A stretch of 64,000 nucleotides of DNA from Myxococcales bacterium (GCA_016212965.1 JACRDA010000497.1:26487-90486); one strand, 5' to 3'. Numbered from the stretch's first letter, positions 46,901-54,484 are shown. A program made the numbers and translations. The notes: a model not told the origin generated them from the letters alone.

Positions 46901-46985
46901 TCCTTTGCTGTGCGGAGGCGGTCCCGTCGAGCAAGGCGGCCACGGCGAAGAAAGAGGCTCGGAGCCAAAGCTTGCAGGCGTTCAC
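43917..46985 (-). CDS. Secreted beta-propeller (NHL/SMP-30-like) protein with a CC..DC.DGN.CT.D.C repeat module, a MopE-like DNDC motif and a MYXO-CTERM-type sorting tail
   Basis: This is the real part of ORF 43917..48473(-). GTG at 46985 is preceded by GGAGGG with a 6-nt spacer, and gives MNACKLWLRASFFAVAALLDGTASAQQ (signal peptide). Propeller-like repeats include GRVAVDTNGDVWIAN, AVAVDREGKIWVANW, TYDLNGKIWASGY and LSVDFDGFIWSV. The Cys-rich module spans 44247-45242. The tail is GGGGCACVLAGDD...ALVAALSALGLVLARRRRRG. Confidence 0.7.
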   Translation of the reverse strand: MNACKLWLRASFFAVAALLDGTASAQQRTFTTNADFDLGILDNVRHAPVNDQLVLGRTAVSKTRLVWVSNTSPGGTAPTPLSPGWLVRIDTTLGPTLGRQTARFDSVLTSINGLPTGASTSGNNPGRVAVDTNGDVWIANRAYYEGAKQGSLSKFSGNLAHCIDRNNNGVIDTSHDANGDGIVDPYKTPALGTPAAEVEYYAQADECILTTIPVGAVGDIPRAVAVDREGKIWVANWQGHTVYRFNPNEPVALETSRVFTPAFGWPTTAWFYSAATADDYIYLTSNPGWSGVGNTGQIIRIHINNIAQADSVTCGGGVGTCGSVYGLVAIPGTHKAWAGGYSGTGVYKVDFDASPPTCTCVSVPSQVTAVTYDLNGKIWASGYSSNNVYRINPTTNVIEATCPTGGANPHGLSVDFDGFIWSVQDGPNHLVRFDPVQTAANCGRTAYPIDRGAVPMPPGQNAYNYGPYLYSDFTGVQIDRQAPYTYLGSWDSSGYDGGADDIPWSTVRWNLEPQGAVPALTSLTVNVRAANTLAALGQAAYAPAVNGAPLAGIAGRYVQVRTNLKGPGWVTSVLSDVTVVGPCDPIDQSCCISNTDCDDGNPCTADVCPTPGGQCQHAPVFDCCAQDPDCNDSDLCTTDTCNVAINACNHAPVPNCCNSSSNCDDGVFCTVDQCSGPGGTCTSTPISGCCQTDADCDDGNGCSVDVCPPNNLCQHTPTPGCCTVDADCRENPDDLCTQNGCEILSGTCTLVDLKPLGCCNVDPDCSDGDPCTTDSCTGPGGTCQHLDDPTCCTPNDPQVGQPCDVPQSPYDQAPCQPGQLVCVNGQFDCVGAVKPGLEVCDGADNDCNGIVDLPGNCPSPSDICLWGQCVAPCSPGEFPCPAGQQCYDGHCVPISCANTVCPSGQTCVNGLCEDQGTGGAGGSGTGGSAPTGGGGQSAGGSPPTGGTSHGGTGQGGTGNGHAPAGDWRLATGGGGCACVLAGDDRDSEAALVAALSALGLVLARRRRRGAGAEPSQPSRGDR

Positions 46986-47099
46986 GGGAAGCCCTCCAGT
47001 CTCCGTCAGAGTAGGGGAGCTTGACGCAGGCCACAAGGCTGGCGGACGCTCGCGACCCGCCCGACCCGCTCCTCGCGCTCCACGCCCCCGCCTCGTCGC

Positions 47100-48182
47100 A
47101 TGCGTCGCAAGAGCAAGACCCAGCTCGTGTTCCCGGCCCTCGGCGCGGCCGGGCTCGCCCTCCTCGTCCTCGCGCTCTTCCTCGTCGTTCCGGGCCGGGG
47201 AGCCCGCGGGCGCGAGGTCCGCGTCCTCACCGACCGCACCGAGTCGCACCTGGCTCCGCTCTTCCTCGCCTTCGAGCACGCCACGGGCATCACCGTCCGG
47301 GCGGTCTACCTCGAAAAGGGGCTCCTTGCCCGGCTCGAGAGTCGACCCGACGAGGCGGACGTCGTCATCACCAAGGACGCCGATCTGCTCGAGATCGCCA
47401 GGCACAAGGGGCTGCTCCAGCCGCTGTCCTCCGCCGCGATCGAGGAGGCCGTGCCCGAGCGCTTTCGCGAGCCCTCGGGCGCCTATTTCTCGGACTCCTA
47501 CCGTGCGCGGGTCATCTTCTACGCGCGGGATCGAGTCGCGCCCGAGGAGCTGTCGACCTACGAGGCGCTCGCCGAGCCGAAGTGGAAGGGCCGCGTCTGC
47601 ATCCGGTCGGGCTACCACGACTACAACCTGAGCCTCTTCGGCCAGATGATGAGCGTGATCGGGCCCGAGCGGACGCGCGCCTTTCTCGAGGGGCTGCGGG
47701 CGAACCTCGCCCGTACGCCGGGCGGTGACGACCGCGGTCAGGTGCGCGCCATCTACGAGCGCAAGTGCGACGTGGCCATCGCCAATTCCTACTACATGGG
47801 GATCATGCTCTCGTCGGCCGAGCAGCGGCCGTGGGGGCTCGCGTCGGCCGTGTTCTTCCCCGACCAGAGCGAGGGCGGCAGCTTCATCCTGCGCAGTGGG
47901 CTCGCGCTGACCCGTGCCGGCGACAACGTCGCAGCGGCCACGCGGCTGCTCGAGCACCTGGTGTTGCCGGAGACGCAGGACCTGATGGCCAACCTGACCT
48001 TCGCCTATCCCGTGGCCGGACGGGCCACGTTGAACGAGGTCAACCAGGAGCTCGGAGCGGGCCAGCCGGGGATCGAGCGCGGTGCGTTCGAGGTGCACAG
48101 CGTGCCGCTCGCCGATATCGTGCGAAACCGGGAGGCGGTGCTCCGCATGCTCGATGCGATTGAGTTCGACCAGCCGCGCTGA
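47100..48182 (+). CDS. fbpA: Fe(3+) ABC transporter substrate-binding protein (FbpA/HitA/AfuA family)
   Basis: ORF 47100..48182 with a signal/anchor (LVFPALGAAGLALLVLALFLVV). It closely resembles Haemophilus/Neisseria FbpA as I recall it: KGRVCIRSGYHDYNLSLFGQMM, EGLRANLARTPGGDDRGQVRAI, and ANSYYMG carrying the two iron-liganding Tyr. Confidence 0.85.
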   Translation: MRRKSKTQLVFPALGAAGLALLVLALFLVVPGRGARGREVRVLTDRTESHLAPLFLAFEHATGITVRAVYLEKGLLARLESRPDEADVVITKDADLLEIARHKGLLQPLSSAAIEEAVPERFREPSGAYFSDSYRARVIFYARDRVAPEELSTYEALAEPKWKGRVCIRSGYHDYNLSLFGQMMSVIGPERTRAFLEGLRANLARTPGGDDRGQVRAIYERKCDVAIANSYYMGIMLSSAEQRPWGLASAVFFPDQSEGGSFILRSGLALTRAGDNVAAATRLLEHLVLPETQDLMANLTFAYPVAGRATLNEVNQELGAGQPGIERGAFEVHSVPLADIVRNREAVLRMLDAIEFDQPR

Positions 48183-49725
48183 GCGGGCGGCGCGCGCCGC
48201 GCCCCTCGTGCTCGTCCTCGCCGTCGTCGCGCTCCCGGTGGTGACGCTGCTCGCGGTCGCGTTCGCGCACGCGACCCCGGCCTCGGCGGAGCTCCTCGGC
48301 CACCTGCTCGGCACGGTCGTCCCCGCGCAGACGGCACAGGGGCTCCTCGCCGCGGGCGGCGCGGCGCTCCTCGGGGCCGCGCTCGCGGCGGGTGGGCTCG
48401 CGGCCGCGCTTTTCGACTTTCCCGGCCGCGCCGTGCTCGAGCGCGCGCTCCTCGTGCCCCTGTTGCTCCCCACGTGGTTCGTCGCGGTCGTCCATCGCGA
48501 GGTCCTCGGCGCGCGGGGCGTCGGGTGGCTCGGCTTGTGCCTCGGTGTCGGAGCGGCGCCGCTGTTCCACCTGCTCGGCAGCGCGGCGCTCCGCGCGCTC
48601 CCCGGCGCCTACGTCGAGGTCCTGCGGCTCGCCGGACGCGCGCGCGGGCTCGCCGTCGCGCGCCACCTCGTGCCGCTCGCTCTTCCGGCGCTCGGCGCGG
48701 CGGCCGCGCTCGCCGCGCTCACCGGCTGGGCCGATGCGCCGACGGCCCGTGTCCTCGCCGTTCCCACGCTGGCCGTGGGCATGCTCGATCAGTGGTCCGC
48801 CCGCGAGGACGCCTCCGCCGGGGCGCTGCTCGGCCTCGGGGTCGCCTCCGTCAGCATGCTCGGGGCCTGGGCGCTGCTCCACGCGCTCGGGCGCATCCGC
48901 TGGCAGGACGACGCGCGGCTCGGGGCGTCGCGCGCACGGCGCGTCCGCCTCCGGGGGATCTCGGCAGCGGTCCCGTGGTTGCTCGCCGCCCCCCAGCTCG
49001 TGCTCGGGCTGGTTCTGCCGTGGGCAGCCATCGCCGGCTGGGCGGCGGAGCGGTTCGAGCGCGCGACGCTCGCCACGCTCGGCGGCGACGCTGCCCGCAC
49101 GCTCCTCTGCGCCGCCGCCGGCACGCTGCTCGCCGCCGCCCTGGCGCTGCCGATCCTCCACGCCCGGGCCTTCGCGCCCGCGGGCCGCCTCGGCAGGGCC
49201 GCCGCGGCGCTCGCGCTCGTGCCGTTCGCGCTCCCCGCCGCGGTGCTCGCCGCCGCCGTCCTGTGGATGTCTCCGAGCGGTGCCCGCTCGGGCCCCGCCG
49301 CGGCGTTCAACGCCACGCTCCTGCCCCTCGTGATGGCGCTCGGCGTGCATCTCTGCGCGGTCTTCGTCGCGGCCGGCCTGGCTGGCCTCCGGCGTCAGGG
49401 GCGCGAGCACGTGGCGTTGCTCCTGCTCCTCGGGCACACTCGGGTGAGGTCGCTCGGCCTGCTCCGGCCGTTTCTGTCGCGCCCCGTCGCGGCGGCGGCG
49501 GCCTTCGTGTTCCTCGAGTGCATCAAGGACGTGCAGCTCACGACCGTGCTCTCGCCCTTCGGCTTCTCCTCGATCTCGGCTCGCGTGCTCGAGCTCGCCC
49601 AGACGGAGCGCATGCGCGACTGCGCGGTCTGGATGCTGGGCCTCGGCCTCATCGGGCTCTACCCGCTCATGACGCTCGCGCGCACCGCGCGCGACCCCGA
49701 GGAGCCCGAGACCGAGCCATGCTGA
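48154..49725 (+). CDS. fbpB: Fe(3+) ABC transporter permease (two-domain FbpB-type)
   Basis: Part of ORF 48082..49725. ATG at 48154 overlaps the end of fbpA by 29 nt; an alternative TTG lies at 48160. It is about 12 TM, Ala/Leu-rich, with a duplicated permease architecture. Confidence 0.75.
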   Translation: MRLSSTSRAERAARAAPLVLVLAVVALPVVTLLAVAFAHATPASAELLGHLLGTVVPAQTAQGLLAAGGAALLGAALAAGGLAAALFDFPGRAVLERALLVPLLLPTWFVAVVHREVLGARGVGWLGLCLGVGAAPLFHLLGSAALRALPGAYVEVLRLAGRARGLAVARHLVPLALPALGAAAALAALTGWADAPTARVLAVPTLAVGMLDQWSAREDASAGALLGLGVASVSMLGAWALLHALGRIRWQDDARLGASRARRVRLRGISAAVPWLLAAPQLVLGLVLPWAAIAGWAAERFERATLATLGGDAARTLLCAAAGTLLAAALALPILHARAFAPAGRLGRAAAALALVPFALPAAVLAAAVLWMSPSGARSGPAAAFNATLLPLVMALGVHLCAVFVAAGLAGLRRQGREHVALLLLLGHTRVRSLGLLRPFLSRPVAAAAAFVFLECIKDVQLTTVLSPFGFSSISARVLELAQTERMRDCAVWMLGLGLIGLYPLMTLARTARDPEEPETEPC

Positions 49726-50732
49726 CCGTCGACGATCTCCGGATCCGGCTCGGCACGGGCTTCGCGCTCGACGGCGTCTCCTTCGCCGTCGCGCCGGGCG
49801 AGATCTTCGCCGTCCTCGGCCCGAACGGCAGCGGCAAGTCGACCCTGCTGCGGCTCCTCGCCGGGCTCGTGGCTCCGGCGGGCGGATCGATCGCGTGGTG
49901 CGGGGCGAAGCTCTCCGAGGGGCGGCGCGTGCTCGTGCCCCCCGCGCGGCGCGGGGTCGGCCTGCTGCTGCAGGAGGGCGTGCTCTTTCCGCACCTCGGG
50001 GTGCGCGCGAACGTGGCGCTCGGGCTCGGACCCGGGCGCTCGGACGACGAGACCGAGCGCCGGGTGTCCGAGGCGCTCGCCACGGCCCGGATCGGCCACC
50101 TCGGTGCGGCGCGGGTCGCGCGCTTGAGCGGCGGCGAGGCCCAGCGCGTGGCCCTCGCGCGCGCGCTGGTGCAGAGTCCTACCGTGATGCTCCTCGACGA
50201 GCCGTTCCACAGTCTCGACACCGAGGTGAAGACCGCCATCATGCGCGAGATCCGGGCCCTCGTGGCGGACCGGCGCCTCGCGGCCGTGCTCGTCACCCAC
50301 GACGCCGACGAGGCGAGCGCGCTCGCCGACCGGGTCCTGCTCCTCTGCGCCGGGCGCAAGATCCAGGAGGGTACGCTCGACGAGCTCTACCGCGCCCCCG
50401 CCGACGCCTGGGTCGCGCGCTTCCTCGGCGAGGTCGAGTCGGTCGACGCCGCGACGGCTGCCGCGGCGGGCATCGCCCTGCCGGAGCACGCCGGCGGCAC
50501 GCTCTCGTTCCGGCCCGACGCCCTCTTGCTCGAGCGCTCGGATGGCGAGGGCGGCCTCGAGGTGACCGCCGTGCGCCGGTGCCGGCAAGTCACCGAGGTG
50601 AGCGTGGCCTTGCCCGGCGGCCGAGTCCTCGTCGGCCGGTGCGCGGCGGAGCCGTTGCCGACGGTCGGCGAGCGCGCCCGCGCGCGCCTCGCGTGGCTCT
50701 TGCCGCCGAGCGCGGAGCAGGACGCCGCATGA
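49719..50732 (+). CDS. fbpC: ABC transporter ATP-binding protein (FbpC-type, with C-terminal regulatory/TOBE-like domain)
   Basis: In frame with the tail of ORF 48474..50732. ATG at 49719 overlaps the permease stop (ATGCTGA). Motifs are Walker A GPNGSGKST, signature LSGGEAQRV, Walker B MLLDEPF and the H-loop THD. Confidence 0.85.
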   Translation: MLTVDDLRIRLGTGFALDGVSFAVAPGEIFAVLGPNGSGKSTLLRLLAGLVAPAGGSIAWCGAKLSEGRRVLVPPARRGVGLLLQEGVLFPHLGVRANVALGLGPGRSDDETERRVSEALATARIGHLGAARVARLSGGEAQRVALARALVQSPTVMLLDEPFHSLDTEVKTAIMREIRALVADRRLAAVLVTHDADEASALADRVLLLCAGRKIQEGTLDELYRAPADAWVARFLGEVESVDAATAAAAGIALPEHAGGTLSFRPDALLLERSDGEGGLEVTAVRRCRQVTEVSVALPGGRVLVGRCAAEPLPTVGERARARLAWLLPPSAEQDAA

Positions 50733-51052
50733 GGATCCTGCGCATTCGCCGCGGTTTCACGACCAACTCGTCCGGCGCCAACGAGTTCCTCCCCGACGGC
50801 GGCGTCGTCATCTACGACGGCGGCACGCCCCGCGACGGCGGGACGCTGCCGGGCCCCAGCCCCGCGCCGGTGCTCACCGGCGTGCGGCCGTGGGAGCCCG
50901 AGCCCCCGCCCCCCGCGGGCTGCACGCCGTCGAGCAACGCGACGGCCCTCGGCGTGGTCTCGCTCGTGGTCGCCGGCGCGTTTCTCGTGGTCCCGGTGGT
51001 ACGCCTGCTGCGGCGCCGCAAGCGCAAGGAGCGGCACGACGATGAGACCTGA
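50729..51052 (+). CDS. Small protein (107 aa) with a Pro-rich middle, a single Cys in a GCTPSS motif, a C-terminal TM helix and a poly-basic tail
   Basis: In frame with the tail of ORF 49895..51052. ATG at 50729 overlaps the fbpC stop (ATGA). Nearly every third codon position is G/C. The sequence is MRILRIRRGFTTNSSGANEFLPDGGVVIYDGGTPRDGGTLPGPSPAPVLTGVRPWEPEPPPPAGCTPSSNATALGVVSLVVAGAFLVVPVVRLLRRRKRKERHDDET. There is no N-terminal signal peptide. Confidence 0.55.
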   Translation: MRILRIRRGFTTNSSGANEFLPDGGVVIYDGGTPRDGGTLPGPSPAPVLTGVRPWEPEPPPPAGCTPSSNATALGVVSLVVAGAFLVVPVVRLLRRRKRKERHDDET

Positions 51053-52313
51053 GGGGCGAGGCGACAGGCCGGCCCAGCCCCTCGTGCTGCGGCGCGAGGT
51101 CTTCGGCGGCATCCTGTTCGACCCCGTCGATGGCACCCACCTCGAGCTCGACGCCGCCGGCTTCGAGGTCGTGCGCGGCTGGCTCGTCGACGGGCGCGAG
51201 CCGACCACGTCGGAGGCGCGCGACTTCGTCGCGAGCGTGCGCCGCGAGATGCCCACCCTCGGCCCGGGCGCGCGCCGCGTGCGCGCACGGCTCGAGCTCC
51301 CGGCCATGCCGGAGGCGCGGCACGCCAGCGTGCTCGCCTCACCCACGCTCGTCGATCTGCAGGTGACGCGCCGCTGCACCATGGGTTGCCCACAGTGCTA
51401 CGCCTCGTCCGAGCCCGAGGGCGCGCACATGGCCCTGTCCGACGCCGCGCGGGTCCTCGGCGAGGTCGCCGCGGCGGGGACGTGCCAGCTCGCCATCGGC
51501 GGTGGCGAGCCCCTGCTGCACCCCGACATCGTGCCGATCCTCGAGCTCGCGCACGACCTCGGGCTGGTCCCCAACCTGACCACGACCGGGCTCGGGCTCA
51601 CGCCGCACGTGCTCGACGCTCTGGCGCGCTCGTGCGGGGCCGTGGCCCTCAGCCTCGAGGACGTCGGCGCGGGCTTTCGAGAACGCCGCAAGGCGGGCTT
51701 CGCCTTCTTCGAGGCGTCGCTCGCGAAGCTCCGCGCGCACGCGATCCGCACCGTCTTCCAGGTGACGCTGAGCGGCGAGAACCTGCCGCGCCTGCCGGCC
51801 ATCGTCGACTACTGCCTCGGGGTCCCCGAGCTCTACGGCGTCATCTTCCTCGCGCACAAGCCGGTCGGGCGGGGCGAGGGCTACGACACGCCGCTCTCGG
51901 CCGTCCACCCCGACGAGCTCTACCCCTGGCTGCGCGAGGCCTTCCTGCGCCTCGTCGGGCACACCAAGGTCGGCTACGACTGCTGCCTCACCCCGGGCAT
52001 CGCCGGCATCGACGTGGAGCTCGGCTTCGGCGAGCGCGAGCAGCTCGAGGGCTGCTCGGCGGCGCGCTCGAGCGTGGGCGTGAGCACCGACCTCGACGTG
52101 GTGCCGTGCACCTTCTTGACCCACCGACCGCTCGGCAACCTGCGGAGCCGATCCTTGCTCGACATCTGGCAGGGCCCCGAGGCGACCGCCTTCCGCGCGG
52201 AGCTCGACGCCCTCGGCGACGGGAACGCGGCCTGCCGGACCTGCCGGCTGCGCGACGCCTGCCTCGGAGGATGCCCGGAGTGGGACCTCGTGCGCTGCAC
52301 GCGCGACGGTTGA
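51042..52313 (+). CDS. Radical SAM / SPASM-domain enzyme with an N-terminal PqqD/RRE-like extension
   Basis: ORF 51042..52313. The ATG overlaps the small gene by 11 nt. N-terminal residues ~15-70 read LRREVFGGILFDPVDGTHLELDAAGFEVVRGWLVDG, which is PqqD/MftB-like. The rSAM cluster motif is CTMGCPQC, with a GGGEPLL SAM motif. The SPASM part has CSAARSSVGVSTDLDVVPC and then CRTCRLRDACLGGC, which fits C-x2-C-x5-C-x3-C exactly. Confidence 0.85.
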   Translation: MRPEGRGDRPAQPLVLRREVFGGILFDPVDGTHLELDAAGFEVVRGWLVDGREPTTSEARDFVASVRREMPTLGPGARRVRARLELPAMPEARHASVLASPTLVDLQVTRRCTMGCPQCYASSEPEGAHMALSDAARVLGEVAAAGTCQLAIGGGEPLLHPDIVPILELAHDLGLVPNLTTTGLGLTPHVLDALARSCGAVALSLEDVGAGFRERRKAGFAFFEASLAKLRAHAIRTVFQVTLSGENLPRLPAIVDYCLGVPELYGVIFLAHKPVGRGEGYDTPLSAVHPDELYPWLREAFLRLVGHTKVGYDCCLTPGIAGIDVELGFGEREQLEGCSAARSSVGVSTDLDVVPCTFLTHRPLGNLRSRSLLDIWQGPEATAFRAELDALGDGNAACRTCRLRDACLGGCPEWDLVRCTRDG

Positions 52314-52326
52314 GTTCGTCACCGGC

Positions 52327-53214
52327 TCAGCGCTTCTCGAGCTTGCCGTCGGCGCCGAGCCCGAAGCGCTCGTCCACGTCCGCGCCGGAGAGCTCCCGGT
52401 TGGAGATCCGGTCCCGCACCGAGCGGCGCCCCGTGACGCGCAGGCCGTCGGCGAGGATCTCGAGCCGGCCGAGGAAGTAGACGACCCCGTTCGGGTCGCG
52501 GGCGTCCGTCTCCGACAGGGAGATCTCGCCGACGCGCTCGAGCGGCGGCGCGAGGCGCATCACGACGAGGCTCTCGCCCGTCCACTGCCGGCTCCGGATC
52601 CAGTGGCTCCAGGCGAGCACGATGGGGCGCTCGTCGAGGGCGACGACCCGGACCTCGGAGAGCGCGGGGACGGTCGAGCCGTGGACGACGCCCGCCTCGA
52701 GCTCGGCGATCGGACAGTCGGGCTGCCAGCAAGGCACGTAGGCGAGCAGCGTGCTCTCCGTGGCGACCGTGCGGCGCAAGCGGTCGGCGCACTCCGAGGC
52801 GGAGACGGAGCGACCGAGGGCCATGCGCGGGCAGAGCCACGCGGCCGTGGGCACGTCGGCCTCGAGGAAGTCCGCGTCGAAGGCGAAGCGCGGCGCGTCC
52901 GTCGCCGTGCGGACGAGCTCGACGAGCCCGGTGCGCTGCTCGATCCGCCCCTCGAACTGGCCCGCCCACGCGAGCTCGGGCCGGCGGGCGCGGACGAAGT
53001 ACGCCTCGCCCCACGTGACGGCGCGGTCGGCGTTCGCGCGCGGGAGGGGCTCGGAGAGCGCCGGCGCGGAGGCCACCCTGGTCACGAGGAGCTTCTCGGT
53101 GGCGACGCCCTCGCGCTCCGGCCGCTCGCTCCGGCAAGCGCCGGCCGAGAGCGCCGTCGAGCCGAGCGCGAGGCCGAGCGCGAGGCGCGAGATCGCCCGG
53201 TCGAGGCGGAGCAC
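52327..53214 (-). CDS. Hypothetical lipoprotein
   Basis: Part of ORF 52327..53394(-). GTG at 53214 gives MLRLDRAISRLALGLALGSTALSAGAC (lipobox). Upstream of that the translation is Ser/Thr/Arg-rich and junk-like. The start is uncertain because there is no clear RBS. Confidence 0.5.
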   Translation of the reverse strand: MLRLDRAISRLALGLALGSTALSAGACRSERPEREGVATEKLLVTRVASAPALSEPLPRANADRAVTWGEAYFVRARRPELAWAGQFEGRIEQRTGLVELVRTATDAPRFAFDADFLEADVPTAAWLCPRMALGRSVSASECADRLRRTVATESTLLAYVPCWQPDCPIAELEAGVVHGSTVPALSEVRVVALDERPIVLAWSHWIRSRQWTGESLVVMRLAPPLERVGEISLSETDARDPNGVVYFLGRLEILADGLRVTGRRSVRDRISNRELSGADVDERFGLGADGKLEKR

Positions 53215-53263
53215 GCCGGCATCTTGCAGCGCTCGGGTCGCGGGCTCAAGCGGCGCAGGGGAG

Positions 53264-54070
53264 TCAGTCGCAGCGCGCGGCCCAGCCGACCGCGTTGGCC
53301 ACGAGCCGCTGGAGGTCGATGTTGGTCCAGCCGTGAGCCACGTGGTTGCCCGCGTGCGCGAGGTGCACGACCCGGCCGGCCGGCGGCAGGTCACGGATGG
53401 CCACCACGTCCTGCGCCTGGGGGCTCCGGGCGATGCGGGCCACGCCCGGCGCCGGGCGGATCGCGCCGACGTTCGAGGTCGACGTGAAGGAGAAGGATGC
53501 CGGCAGGCCGGCCCAGAGAGGGTGCGAGGCGAACGCCGGCTCGACCTCGTAGGTCACCTGTCCGCTGTGACCACCCGTCCGGCCGAGCAGCACCAGCGGC
53601 GCGAGGGTCTGCCACCGCGGCGTGCCTTCGGCAGCGACGTGGAACGCGGCCCACTCCGTGAGGACGAGCCCGTGCCCCGCCGCGACGAAGTCGACGATCG
53701 CCTGCTGTCCCTCGAGGGGCATGTCGGGGTGCGGCGTGCGCGCCTGGCCTCCCGAGAGCACCACCACGGCGTCGGGCGCGAGCTCGCCCGCGAGCGCCGG
53801 ACTGCCGGCGTACGCGCTCGCGGCGACGTCCGAGGTGGTCACGCGGAAGCCCGCGGCGGTGAGCGCGACCGCGAGCGGCGCTGCGCCGCCCGGTACCTCG
53901 TCGACGAGGATGAGCACCTTCTTCGGGCAGCCGGCCGCGGTGCCGGCGGCAGGCTCGGCGGCGCCGCCGTCACAGGCTGCGATGGTGGCGGTGAGCGCAG
54001 CGAGCAACCCGAGCCGGGCGGTCGTCGGAGCCGAGCGCCTCACGCCTCGCACGGTGGAGGACTCTAGCAC
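53264..54070 (-). CDS. ThuA-like domain lipoprotein; stand-alone paralogue of the C-terminal domain of 41683..43884
   Basis: ORF 53264..54070(-). Lipobox is LLAALTATIAAC. It is collinear with the 41686-42327 domain at the protein level (VLTEWAAFH, HPLWAGLPASFSFTSTSNVG, GRVVHLAHAGNH, LQRLVANAVGWAARC). The similarity is also visible at the nucleotide level (53267-53380 vs 41691-41800). Confidence 0.7.
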   Translation of the reverse strand: MLESSTVRGVRRSAPTTARLGLLAALTATIAACDGGAAEPAAGTAAGCPKKVLILVDEVPGGAAPLAVALTAAGFRVTTSDVAASAYAGSPALAGELAPDAVVVLSGGQARTPHPDMPLEGQQAIVDFVAAGHGLVLTEWAAFHVAAEGTPRWQTLAPLVLLGRTGGHSGQVTYEVEPAFASHPLWAGLPASFSFTSTSNVGAIRPAPGVARIARSPQAQDVVAIRDLPPAGRVVHLAHAGNHVAHGWTNIDLQRLVANAVGWAARCD

Positions 54071-54484
54071 GCGGCGCGGAGCCGCCGCTCACGGCGCCAC
54101 GGTCCGGATCTGGCCCTGGGTCGCGAAGTACGCGCGCTCGGCCCAGACGAGATGGGCGCCGTCGACCGCCAACCCCGCGACGAACGACTGATTCGTCGCG
54201 AGCGGGACGCTGGTCCCGCCGCCGACCGGAACGCGCAGCACCTTGGAGAGCTTCAAGAACTCGTGCCCCGAGACCTCGGACCCACCCCGAGCTACGGCCG
54301 CTTCGACGCGTCGTCCGGGGGCGATACGTCGGTCCCCGCACGAGCGATCGGCCCCATGCTAGGCCACCGGAGGCGCAAGGTTCTCGGCAAATCTGCTCCC
54401 CCGTCCTGGCCCAGACTGGCACGGGTGACCTTAGGGAATATAAGTAATGGCAATGATTCCGAATTGTTGGACTCTTGCCGGCTG

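Noticed and set aside
46986-48473. N-terminal 496 codons of the 1518-aa minus-strand ORF 43917..48473
   Set aside because: It is antisense to fbpA/fbpB with junk-like composition. A GGAGGG RBS plus GTG plus a clean signal peptide at 46985 marks the real start.
54417-54432. A second sigma-54-like site, CTGGCACGGGTGACCT
   Set aside because: The -24 half (TGGCACG) is excellent, but the -12 position reads ACCT instead of TTGC/GC. This is probably chance in GC-rich DNA.
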